From contig JANPLU010000043.1 in NCBI GenBank assembly GCA_031422435.1, forward strand, positions 1-35,378: 35,378 nt of DNA, given 5' to 3'. Below, one piece after another: positions 1 to 10,347 of this stretch (positions are counted from its first letter, which is position 1; each line of letters opens with the position of its first letter). The DNA is from Acaryochloridaceae cyanobacterium VAR_48_metabat_390. Lineage in GTDB: Bacteria > Cyanobacteriota > Cyanobacteriia > Thermosynechococcales > Thermosynechococcaceae. Position numbers and translations under genes: made by a program. The notes under the pieces were generated by a model. The model ran no database searches, was not told the DNA's origin, and was given only the letters and a program-made list of their open reading frames with translations.

Positions 1-1622
<1,622 letters not shown>

Positions 1623-1664
1623 TTACTGCGCTAATAATGACGAAGAACGATACAAGTTTCTTAA

Positions 1665-1696
1665 TCACTCAATCTGAGTTTTTTCAGATTGGGTGA
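1665..1696. promoter_or_regulatory. Hairpin in the apcE upstream region
   Basis: TCACTCAATCTGA (1665-1677) and TCAGATTGGGTGA (1684-1696) are 12/13 complementary, about 70 nt upstream of the apcE ATG. Confidence 0.4.
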
Positions 1697-1967
1697 GAAG
1701 GTCACTGGGACGATGTTGTCAAAATTTTAAGAAATTAACTTTTACATTAGAACGATTCGCGTCCCTATCCTTTGTTCTTTAACAAATGTGTAGGACTTTT
1801 GCTAAAGCATTTTCTAGAGGCGTTTACCCTGCTTTTGAGAGCTTGGCAAAGCGTCTCTCTCTAACTTAGTAACCTGTTCTGAAGGGCTGTAATATTACGA
1901 AGTGTAAAAACGCCGTTAAGTTTGATGACGCAGGTCAGGGTTCAAGCTACAGAATCAGGCATTTGCG

Positions 1968-3398
1968 TTAGTCGTCCAGCGTCTGGGCAAGGATGCTTGA
2001 GATTGCAGCCTGGGTGCGATCGCGGAACTCTATCACGTTGACTTTATCGAGCATTGTGACGGCGACCAGCATTAGCAGCGCCTCTAGGGTAAACACCAGA
2101 CCATAGGCAAAAAGCGGCTGGCTGCCAAATAGCGATCGCCCTACATCGAGCAAAGCGCCGCCTACCACAGTGGCGCTGGCCTGAGACATGGCCTGAGCCA
2201 ACCCCCACGCCCCAATGAATGTTCCGGCGGTTTCAGCAGCGGTTAGGTCAAGCATGAGGCTGACGGCGCTATTGGTGACAAGGCCATAGCCCAGCCCTAG
2301 AACAATCATGGCAACCTGCAACGCCACCTGAGAGTGCGTAAACCCCACCGCAATTACGCCTAAAAAACAGACCGCAACGACCCTACAGCCAAAGCGTGCA
2401 GTCGCCTGTTTCCCCCAGCGCGGCACAATCAAAAATCCGGTTGCGGTAATGCCGATGAGTGTACCAATACCCCAAAACGCATTAAGCTGCGTACTTTGAG
2501 AAACCGTCATGCCAAACACCTCGCCGCCGTAGGGTTCTAGAATAGGCTGCTGCATAAATAAACCCACGGTCATCAGCACCAGAAAGCTAAAAAAGATGCC
2601 CGTCTGACGGCTAGCGGTCAGAATGCGAAGCGCTGCTTTGAAGGTAATTTGATCTTCCCGTCCAGCGACTGCTGACCGATACCCGTAGCGTGAGTAGCGT
2701 TTTTCAACCCCAACCGTGGCGGTGAAGGCCAAGCCCACCACGCAGGCGGGTAGCACCATAAACAGCCGATTGATAGAACTTTGCAGAGTTTCTGGCGTTA
2801 GCCCCTTGAGCAAAACCCCGCTCGTCACTGCACCAATCACAATGCCCACCATCAGCATGGCCCATACAATACCCACCACTTTAGAGCGGTTGTCTTCGTC
2901 AGACACATCCACTAACAGCGCGGCAAAGGGCGTAGAGCTGAAGCTGACGCACACCCCATAAAAGGCAAACATCAGCGCAAGCAACCCCACCCAACCATAA
3001 GTGCTAGTCGCCCAGCCATTTTGCTCTAGGCTATCGGCTAATCGCCACATCACCTGAACCGCACCAAACGCGCACAGCGTAAATAGCGTTGTGCCAGTCC
3101 AGATGTATCCGGTGCGATGGGTGCCAAACAGCGGCTTAGAGTCTGAAAGTTGACCCACCCAGACCCGAATGGGAGAGACAAATTGATACATTGCCAAGGT
3201 TCCCCCCGCAATGGTTGCAGGAATGGCAAGAAATGCGGGGTCAATGAGGATACGATTGAGAACGCCTAAGGTGAGGATAGACATAATGCCTAACCCCATT
3301 TGAAACAGCCCTAACCGTAAGATGGTTAAGATTGGGAGTTTTGGCGGAAAAGCCTTGGGTAAAGTTGCGGCGGTGAGGGAGTCCATAGGGCTTTGCAA
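1968..3398 (-). CDS. BCD-family (PucC/LhaA-like) MFS transporter
   Basis: About 12 hydrophobic segments. Motifs RLGLFQMGLGIMSILTLGVLNR, GQLSDSKPLFGTHRTGYI, QPILEPYGGEVFGM and LMLDLTAAETAGTFIGAWGLAQA are typical of PucC-like proteins. Confidence 0.9.
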   Translation of the reverse strand: MQSPMDSLTAATLPKAFPPKLPILTILRLGLFQMGLGIMSILTLGVLNRILIDPAFLAIPATIAGGTLAMYQFVSPIRVWVGQLSDSKPLFGTHRTGYIWTGTTLFTLCAFGAVQVMWRLADSLEQNGWATSTYGWVGLLALMFAFYGVCVSFSSTPFAALLVDVSDEDNRSKVVGIVWAMLMVGIVIGAVTSGVLLKGLTPETLQSSINRLFMVLPACVVGLAFTATVGVEKRYSRYGYRSAVAGREDQITFKAALRILTASRQTGIFFSFLVLMTVGLFMQQPILEPYGGEVFGMTVSQSTQLNAFWGIGTLIGITATGFLIVPRWGKQATARFGCRVVAVCFLGVIAVGFTHSQVALQVAMIVLGLGYGLVTNSAVSLMLDLTAAETAGTFIGAWGLAQAMSQASATVVGGALLDVGRSLFGSQPLFAYGLVFTLEALLMLVAVTMLDKVNVIEFRDRTQAAISSILAQTLDD

Positions 3399-3530
3399 AT
3401 CGCATCAGTAAGTACTCATAAGCCTAGCCGAGCGCTGTGGACTAGTGCGACTCAGCAGGAGGGCTTGAGTTATGTCTAAACTTAGTGCAAAGCTGAAGAG
3501 GCCAAAAGCGGCAATCTAGAGTGGAAGCGT

Positions 3531-4460
3531 ATGTCTGTCGAGAACCAACCCGTAATATTGCCTGAAGAACTTAAAGCGGCGATCGCCTGTCTAGACCTCT
3601 CTTTAGAGTCAGAACTCGCGCTCTATCGCAACCGCCAGAGTCAAGAGAGTATGGCACTGGCTACACTCCCCAGTGCAGAACTAGAAGCTTCAGCGCTGCA
3701 ATCTTTTGATTTAGCCTTAGAGCCATTTGGGCACGACGATGCATCAGAAGAGGTTTTGGATGGCTCCTTGAGCCAATCTGATGATCGCTCTGCACCAGCA
3801 GAAGCAGTAGATCAAGAAATGACTGCCGTTATTGAAGACGATGAGATTGAAACGCTTCCAGAATCTTATGGTGCGGAGCTAACGGCAGAGCCGAAAGCCT
3901 TTGATCAGTTTTTAGACCCGTCGATTGAAGATTACTTAGAGTCTTCAGAAGCACTGCTCAAGCACTTAGACGATCCGGCCAAGGCTGAGATTACCCCAGT
4001 TGAGGACGGCAAAACCGATGCAAAACGGTCTTGGGTGGTGATCTCAGGGGTTGCGCTACTGATTTTAGGACTGCTGGCATTGGCTGGTTTCTTAGGGGTT
4101 TTAGCGATGCGATGGTTTTCTTTAAAGCCCGTTTCTGTGCCAACGCCTCAGCCTCTCGTGTCGCCATCTGCATTGCTGCCGCCTTTGCCCAGTGCTGCGA
4201 ATACTGCTGTTACGCCCACACCCTCCGCAACCCCAGCCGCTCCCATTAATCCCAATGCGGCGCGCTACATTGTGCTGGCGACCGACAGTCAAGCGTCGCT
4301 TCAGACTGCTCGACAGCTTGTGCCCGATGCCTTTATTGCGGTTGTGGGCGGTCAACAGCGCATTCAGCTTGCCGACTTAGAGAGTCTTCAGCAGGCGCAG
4401 CAGATGGTCAATGAGCTAAAGAACCAGGGCTTTCCGGCTTCTATTGTGCCTCAAAACTAA
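3531..4460 (+). CDS. Bitopic membrane protein with acidic N-region, one TM helix, Pro-rich linker and SPOR-like C-terminal domain
   Basis: N-terminal LDLSLESELALYR helix, D/E-rich region, TM segment WVVISGVALLILGLLALAGFLGVLAM, P/T/A linker, and C-terminal ...RIQLADLESLQQAQQMVNELKNQGFPASI resembling SPOR. Confidence 0.65.
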   Translation: MSVENQPVILPEELKAAIACLDLSLESELALYRNRQSQESMALATLPSAELEASALQSFDLALEPFGHDDASEEVLDGSLSQSDDRSAPAEAVDQEMTAVIEDDEIETLPESYGAELTAEPKAFDQFLDPSIEDYLESSEALLKHLDDPAKAEITPVEDGKTDAKRSWVVISGVALLILGLLALAGFLGVLAMRWFSLKPVSVPTPQPLVSPSALLPPLPSAANTAVTPTPSATPAAPINPNAARYIVLATDSQASLQTARQLVPDAFIAVVGGQQRIQLADLESLQQAQQMVNELKNQGFPASIVPQN

Positions 4461-4669
4461 TATGGCTCAAAGCTAACCGCTGGGCTTCATTTCGTTTGTC
4501 TCAAACGGTTTGATGAGCTATGGTGCCTTATGATCGGCTTTAGCAACACCAAGGCCATACAAGGTAAAGTTAAAATGGGTTCGGGGGCTTACGCGGTGCG
4601 TCTCTCTACGCGAATATTTTGCCTTTAAAAACAGGCTGTTGAACAATTTGATGAAGGAAGTGGGACATC

Positions 4670-5470
4670 ATGGGCTTATTTGATCGGATTAGTCGGGTTC
4701 TTCGCTCTAATATCAGCGCAACGGTCAGTGCAGCAGAAGATCCAGAAAAAATTCTGGAGCAGACCGTGATTGACATGCAGGAAGACTTGGTGAAGCTGCG
4801 GCAGGCTGTGGCAGGGGCGATTGCCTCCCAAAAGCGGTTAGAGCAGCAGTATAACCAAGCCCAAACCCAGTCCGATGAATGGTATCGACGGGCGCAGTTG
4901 GCGCTCCAAAAAGGAGATGAGGCTCTCGCCCGTGAAGCTTTGGCCCGTAAGCAAACCTTTGCGACTACTGCAACCAGCCTAAAACAGCAGCTCGATCAGT
5001 CTTCTGGGCAAGTAGACACCATGCGCAAAGGCATGATGGGGCTTGAGAGCAAGATTGCTGAGGCCAAAACCAAGAAAGATATGCTCAAGGCCAGAGCCAG
5101 AGCTGCCCAAGCGACTGAGAAAATTAGCTCGGCGATGGGTCAAATTAATCTAGATTCTGCAACCAGCACCTTTGACCGAATGGAAGAAAAAGTCTTAGAG
5201 ATGGAGGCGAAGTCAGCAGCGGTTTCGGAGTTAGCCGGAGATTCTTTAGCCGATAAGTTTGCGGCTTTAGAAGGCGGCAGCGACGTAGATTTTGAGCTGG
5301 AGCAGCTTAGGGCGAGTATGGATCTAAACCCCAAGTCTATTGCAGGAACGCCCCAGGCTCAGGGCGCACTGCCTGCGGCAGATGAGGCCGTGGCGAATAT
5401 TCCTAAAGCGGTGGTGGATGCGGAACTTGAAAAGATCCGAGCGCAAATGCAGCAGCAGCCTCCGTCTTAA
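4670..5470 (+). CDS. vipp1: Vipp1/IM30 (PspA family, ESCRT-III-like) thylakoid membrane protein
   Basis: MGLFDRISRVLRSNI...AEDPEKILEQTVIDMQEDL...LESKIAEAKTKKDMLKARA, plus the Vipp1-type extra C-terminal helix VVDAELEKIRAQM after a flexible linker. AAGGAAG lies upstream. Confidence 0.95.
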   Translation: MGLFDRISRVLRSNISATVSAAEDPEKILEQTVIDMQEDLVKLRQAVAGAIASQKRLEQQYNQAQTQSDEWYRRAQLALQKGDEALAREALARKQTFATTATSLKQQLDQSSGQVDTMRKGMMGLESKIAEAKTKKDMLKARARAAQATEKISSAMGQINLDSATSTFDRMEEKVLEMEAKSAAVSELAGDSLADKFAALEGGSDVDFELEQLRASMDLNPKSIAGTPQAQGALPAADEAVANIPKAVVDAELEKIRAQMQQQPPS

Positions 5471-5491
5471 AGGACGGTCAACGCTTAATGC

Positions 5492-5660
5492 GATTTCTGG
5501 AAAACCCCTACCGCTGGCTTCGACTCCGCTCAGCCAGCTAGAAACTAGAGATTGTGCCTTGCTGTGTCCTGAACCCGTCGTTTTGGCGTAGCCTCGGCTT
5601 TGGCGATAGGGAGCGGAGTCGAAGGGTACAATCTCAGCGATACAAACTTTTCTGGGAATC
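5492..5660. repeat. Nested inverted-repeat element (REP/MITE-like or structured RNA)
   Basis: Perfect 14-bp IR CTTCGACTCCGCTC (5518-5531) / GAGCGGAGTCGAAG (5611-5624). Hairpin GCTGGCT/AGCCAGC (5513-5538). Stem GAGATTGT/ACAATCTC (5548-5635). Outer stem 5492-5504/5648-5660 with G-U pairs. Confidence 0.7.
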
Positions 5661-5750
5661 ATCTAAGACAATCGCCGCTCTTTTGAAAGCTGATTTTGTA
5701 GACGTTTACTTAAGGGTTCACTCTAATTGAGAGGCTGAACCTAACATTTT

Positions 5751-6920
5751 ATGCAGTTAGCCAATCGCCTTCTTTCGTTTAAGTCCAATGTGTTTGCCGA
5801 GATGGATCAGGCTAAGCAGTTGGCGCGCGCCAAGGGGCAAGAGATTATTGACCTCTCCCTTGGCTCCTCTGACCTGCCCGTTTCACCTCGAATCTTAGAT
5901 GTCATTGGGCGATCGCTCTCTGACCCCAGCACCCACGGCTATCTGCTGTTTCACGGCACGCGACCGTTACGTGAGGCGGCGGCAAAGTGGTATGAGAAAA
6001 AGTTTGGTCTATCCGTAGACCCAGAAACTGAGGTATTGCCGCTCATTGGTTCTCAAGAAGGCACCGCCCATTTACCCCTTGCTATTCTTAACCCAGGGGA
6101 TTACGCGCTGCTACAAGATCCAGGCTATCCTTCCCATGCTGGTGGGGTTTACCTGGCAGGAGGCAAGGTGCATCCCATGCCGCTGACGGCAGAAAAGCAT
6201 TTTCTGCCTGTCTTTGAAGACATCCCGCTAGAGGTGGTGCAGAAGGCGCGGATGATGGTGCTGAGCTACCCTCACAACCCGACTACGGCGATCGCCACGC
6301 TCACCTTTTTTCAACAGGCGGTAGACTTTTGCCAAGCCCACGGTGTTGTTCTCGTCCATGATTTCCCCTACGCGGATTTAGCCTTTACCGAACAGCCTAT
6401 GCCGTCGGTGCTTCAGGCAGACCGCGATCGTAACTGCTCGATTGAGTTTTTCACCTTCTCCAAGTCCTACAACATGGGCGGGTTTAGGATTGGCTATGCG
6501 ATCGGCAACGCCAACCTCATCTATGGTCTGCGGCAAATTAAAACCATCGTTGACTTTAACCAATATCAAGGCATTTTGGCGGGAGCTACCACAGCATTGA
6601 CCACCTGTGATGATGAAGTTGCCCAAACCGTCGCGACCTTTAAAGACCGACGAGATGCTTTTATTGATGCTCTTCATACGATTGACTGGCTAGTACCGAC
6701 TCCAGAGGCCACAATGTATGTCTGGGCAAAGCTCCCAGAGTCATGGCAACAGAATTCCATTGAGTTTTGTAAGGCGCTAGTAGCTCAAACGGGCATTGCA
6801 GCATCGCCAGGGGCTGGATTTGGGGCATGTGGAGAAGGCTACGTCCGCTTTGCGCTCGTTCACGAGCCGACTATCTTACAGGCCGCAGTTGACCGAATTG
6901 CTGGCTTCCTGCATACTTAA
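5751..6920 (+). CDS. PLP-dependent class I/II aminotransferase (LL-DAP/aspartate aminotransferase-like)
   Basis: Motifs IDLSLGSSD, LSYPHNPT, VHDFPY, FTFSKSYNMGGFRIG (PLP lysine) and GEGYVRFAL. Substrate is not determinable from sequence. Confidence 0.9.
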   Translation: MQLANRLLSFKSNVFAEMDQAKQLARAKGQEIIDLSLGSSDLPVSPRILDVIGRSLSDPSTHGYLLFHGTRPLREAAAKWYEKKFGLSVDPETEVLPLIGSQEGTAHLPLAILNPGDYALLQDPGYPSHAGGVYLAGGKVHPMPLTAEKHFLPVFEDIPLEVVQKARMMVLSYPHNPTTAIATLTFFQQAVDFCQAHGVVLVHDFPYADLAFTEQPMPSVLQADRDRNCSIEFFTFSKSYNMGGFRIGYAIGNANLIYGLRQIKTIVDFNQYQGILAGATTALTTCDDEVAQTVATFKDRRDAFIDALHTIDWLVPTPEATMYVWAKLPESWQQNSIEFCKALVAQTGIAASPGAGFGACGEGYVRFALVHEPTILQAAVDRIAGFLHT

Positions 6921-7099
6921 TGGAAAATTTGGTTGTTCAGGAACATCGCTTAAGATTCAAGCATCCTTGAGCTATACCCTGCTGAGTCAGAACCCATTGA
7001 TTAAAACTTAGTCTCCCCCCTTGAGCTTCCATTGAAGCTAACTAGACAACTGTTTTCTAAACCATTCCAAATTAATTCCATTCAAACTAAATTTTTACT

Positions 7100-7669
7100 A
7101 TGACTAATCTGCGTTCCTTCCGTCGCTTATTTGTTGGTATTACTTCAGGCTTAGCGCTGTGCGGCATTGGATCAATGGTTTTTGCTGAGGCAGGGTGGAG
7201 TTCCGATAAAATTACGATGAAGTATGGGCCAATCTACCGCTCCATCGCAGTTGCCGATCTTAAAGATTATGCGCAAACAGGGACACCTTCTGCTGAACTA
7301 GGGTCTTTCCTAAGCCTTGTAAAGTCCAAAGATAGAGAGTCTTTGACCAAAACCCTAAATATGAAGTTTCCATTTAATGTGGTGCAGGTCGATAAGCTGT
7401 TAAAGACTCCTGCGGCAGAAGGGCTTCTCACAGAACTTGCAAGCGCAACCGAATTACCCGGCGATAGTGAAGTCATTGCGTTAAGAGGTGCACTGCTCAT
7501 TTCAGCCTCTTCTAAAGAAGGGTTGGGCACCATGAATCTGCTGGAGTCTTACCCCACACCTACGTTAACGGTTGACCTCAAAAAACTGTTGGCCTTGATG
7601 AAAACTAGTAAATCCTTTAAGGGCTTAGGGTCTATGATGGGTTCTTTTGGCGGATCGATGCCCAAATAG
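7100..7669 (+). CDS. Secreted DUF1400-domain protein
   Basis: Signal peptide, then KITMKYGPIYRSIAVADLKDYAQTG...ALRGALLISA...NLLESYPTPTLTVDL, matching the cyanobacterial DUF1400 pattern. Confidence 0.75.
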   Translation: MTNLRSFRRLFVGITSGLALCGIGSMVFAEAGWSSDKITMKYGPIYRSIAVADLKDYAQTGTPSAELGSFLSLVKSKDRESLTKTLNMKFPFNVVQVDKLLKTPAAEGLLTELASATELPGDSEVIALRGALLISASSKEGLGTMNLLESYPTPTLTVDLKKLLALMKTSKSFKGLGSMMGSFGGSMPK

Positions 7670-7695
7670 TTTCCCTTTGATAGACCGTATAAGCA

Positions 7696-7761
7696 AGGCC
7701 TCGCTTTTTAGGAGGTGAGGTCTACTAAGAGCCACGATTAAAAAGTCGTGGCTCTTGGTTT
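7696..7761 (+). terminator. Tandem hairpins, probable terminator after the DUF1400 gene
   Basis: G-U-rich stem at 7696-7723, then AAGAGCCACGA (7727-7737) / TCGTGGCTCTT (7746-7756), an 11-bp perfect stem, followed by GGTTT. Confidence 0.55.
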
Positions 7762-7908
7762 GAGGGCGATCGCCTTTACACTCACCTAGTCGACAGGCTT
7801 TAGCGCTTTTACTCAATACCCTAAGGTATGCTGAATTAGCTCACGTCCATTGATATTCCTGAAGGCGCAAATGTGTCTTCATGGAACGTGGAAAATACAT
7901 TATTTGCA

Positions 7909-8658
7909 ATGAAAGTATTTATCTATAACACCCCTGAAGCAGTGCCTCAAGGCGCAATGCCAAACTGTGCGATCGCAGTTGACGTGTTGAGAGCCACCTC
8001 TACAATCGTAACGGCACTCCATGCTGGCGCTGAAGCAGTACAGGCATTCAGCGATCTGCATGTCTTGATGGAAGTCAGCGAAGCATGGGATGCAGCACAG
8101 CGCATTCGCATTGGGGAGCGAGGCGGCAAAACGGTTGAAGGATTTGACTTAGGGAACTCTCCCCTTGACTGTACCCCTGAGCGCGTCAAAGGGCGCCGGA
8201 TTTTTATTAGCACGACCAATGGTACCCGCGCCCTTCAATGTATTCAGGCAGCACAGACGGTTTTAACCGCTGCCTTTATTAACCGAGCTGCCGTTATTGA
8301 ATATCTGCACCAGCACCAGCCAGAAACTGTTTGGATCGTTGGTTCTGGATGGGAAGGGGGCTTTTCTCTCGAAGATACGGCCTGTGCTGGCGCAGTGCTT
8401 GAGGGGTTATGCTTAAAAGCTGATAGGCCACTCTATGAGCTAGCTGGCAATGATGAGGCAGTTGCAGCGGTTTGTTTGTATCGACACTTTAAAGATGATC
8501 TTCTCTCGCTCTTTAAACATGCCAGCCACGGACAAAGGCTTTCTGGTCTAAATCTTCACGAAGATTTAAGCTACTGTGCCCAGCAAGACATTCTCTGGAC
8601 TTTACCAATTCAGCAAGAACAGGGTGTTTTGAAAAAATATGCTCCACAGCGCAAGTAG
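7909..8658 (+). CDS. comB: 2-phosphosulfolactate phosphatase family protein
   Basis: AVDVLRATSTI, GERGGKTVEGFDLGNSP, STTNGTRAL, FSLEDTACAG, ASHGQRL. ATG at 7909 preferred to the track's GTG at 7873. Confidence 0.92.
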   Translation: MKVFIYNTPEAVPQGAMPNCAIAVDVLRATSTIVTALHAGAEAVQAFSDLHVLMEVSEAWDAAQRIRIGERGGKTVEGFDLGNSPLDCTPERVKGRRIFISTTNGTRALQCIQAAQTVLTAAFINRAAVIEYLHQHQPETVWIVGSGWEGGFSLEDTACAGAVLEGLCLKADRPLYELAGNDEAVAAVCLYRHFKDDLLSLFKHASHGQRLSGLNLHEDLSYCAQQDILWTLPIQQEQGVLKKYAPQRK

Positions 8659-8717
8659 GCTAAATTGGTAAGAACTTAACCCACTTGCGCTAGCAATGCC
8701 TCAGGCACTAGGTTTTT

Positions 8718-10040
8718 CTAACGCGCTGCTGCTGCTCCATTCTCAATTTGCGCGTTTATATAGGCTTTTGTCGGCTGGGCTGCAACTCTAAAGGCATTTT
8801 GAACTCTGAGGGTCATCCTCCTAGGCTCTACCACAATGACGGTGTTTGCGGTTGGAGACGTTGGTGAAGCACTGCCCCCCAAGGTGCCCAAAAGATTACC
8901 AAGGTTAAATCCACCGCCCAGCACCCTACCCAGCAGTATCTGTGCCGCAACGGAGGCAAGACCACCCCTTAGAGTATTTTCTGATAGTGTCTGCGGGTTG
9001 CTTGCAATAAATGGGTCAGAGGTTGCAAGCATAGGAATCACCTTCCCTCTAATGGTGATTTGCTGTGTAAAGTACTGCGTTCCTTGAGTCGTTCCATTAA
9101 TGCTGACGGGTCGAAATTGCCCTTTAACCAAGCTGCCTTGCGGGATTAGGATAGAACCTTGAGGACCTACCACATTAGTAGATATCTCAAGGTTGGCTGT
9201 AAGCGTTTCGCCAGGGGCAATAATGAGCCTGGCGTTGTTGTTCCCAGCGTACTGCACGGGTAAAATTGTGTTGCGCGCAACAACAGCGCCCCCACTGGTA
9301 GGGGGCATATTGGGATCTGTACCAGAGTTGGAGGTAACAATGTAGGCTGCTGCGTCTGATCGTGGAGGGAGCGCCTTAAACTCATTCTTATTGACGAGGG
9401 CTTGATACACAAAAGCCGCAATATCTGCACGGGTTGCAACTTCGTTGGGGTTTAAGAATAATTTGTTGGGGTAATTGACAACCAAATTTCTTTGGGTTGC
9501 TGCTGCAACGCCTTTACGAGCGTAGTCTGGAATCTCACCACCATCTCGAAATACCTCCAGGGCATTTTCGATGGAGCCTAATGGAACCAAATTTAGACCA
9601 CTGGAAAGGGACACAAGTGCCTGCACCCTAGGAATTTTCTGCTCAGGCTGAAAGGTTCCGTCAGGATAGCCAGACATAAACCCAGTGGTATAGGCTTTGT
9701 CAATTGAGCTGGTGGCCCAATACTGGCTAGGGATATCGCTAAAGTCACGGCTATTGCGAACTGCAGTTTCTTTAAAGGCTTTACGAATAATTGCCGCGAA
9801 TTGAGCGCGAGTAACAGGCTGGTTGGGCTTAAAGCTACCATCGGGGAACCCAGCAATAATATCTTCTTGAGCCAGCCGCTCAATGAATGGTCTTGCCCAA
9901 TAGTTGGCTTCTACATCTCTAAAGGCGGCAGATTGTGCCCAGGCACCATTGACAATGGACACAACGGGGGCAATCGCAATGCCTGCACTGAATACGAAGG
10001 CAGCGGATGCTTTAAGGCTGGAATGGATAGAGGCTATCAT
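8718..10040 (-). CDS. S-layer homology (SLH) domain protein, secreted
   Basis: Signal peptide (AWAQ) and three SLH repeats: FRDVEANYWA...GFPDGSFKPNQPVTRAQFAAII; FSDIPSQYWA...GYPDGTFQPEQKIPRVQALVSL; ...NPNEVATRADIAAFVYQ. Followed by a beta-rich C-terminal domain. Confidence 0.92.
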   Translation of the reverse strand: MIASIHSSLKASAAFVFSAGIAIAPVVSIVNGAWAQSAAFRDVEANYWARPFIERLAQEDIIAGFPDGSFKPNQPVTRAQFAAIIRKAFKETAVRNSRDFSDIPSQYWATSSIDKAYTTGFMSGYPDGTFQPEQKIPRVQALVSLSSGLNLVPLGSIENALEVFRDGGEIPDYARKGVAAATQRNLVVNYPNKLFLNPNEVATRADIAAFVYQALVNKNEFKALPPRSDAAAYIVTSNSGTDPNMPPTSGGAVVARNTILPVQYAGNNNARLIIAPGETLTANLEISTNVVGPQGSILIPQGSLVKGQFRPVSINGTTQGTQYFTQQITIRGKVIPMLATSDPFIASNPQTLSENTLRGGLASVAAQILLGRVLGGGFNLGNLLGTLGGSASPTSPTANTVIVVEPRRMTLRVQNAFRVAAQPTKAYINAQIENGAAAAR

Positions 10041-10347
10041 AGGTCAAAATTCTCCTGCACCAAATAACAAAGACTTAATCAAAAAGATAAACTTTTGAAG
10101 TTAACCCAATAAGATTGCATTTAATAAAGTTAGCCTTAGTCATCAAGGAAACTTTGCATTTCTATTATTGTTTTGATGCTTAACAGTTTACCAAAGGTTA
10201 ACAGTAGATTTCTATACCATTAGAAAGAAGTCAGAATTTGGCGGCGATCTGGCTAATTTTTGGGGTTATTGAGCTTCAAGTGACAGGATATAGGAACCCA
10301 TCAACGCTTCAAAATTAGGAGGTTCGGCATCATTTAAACTGAGGTTT

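Noticed and set aside
1700..1910. HLR1 (RpaB) or NtcA sites upstream of apcE
   Set aside because: TTACA-like half sites are present, but I could not find a correctly spaced pair or a clean GTA-N8-TAC.
5324..5662. ORFs 5324-5662 (-) and 5340-5591 (+)
   Set aside because: They overlap vipp1 and the repeat element and lack protein-like features.
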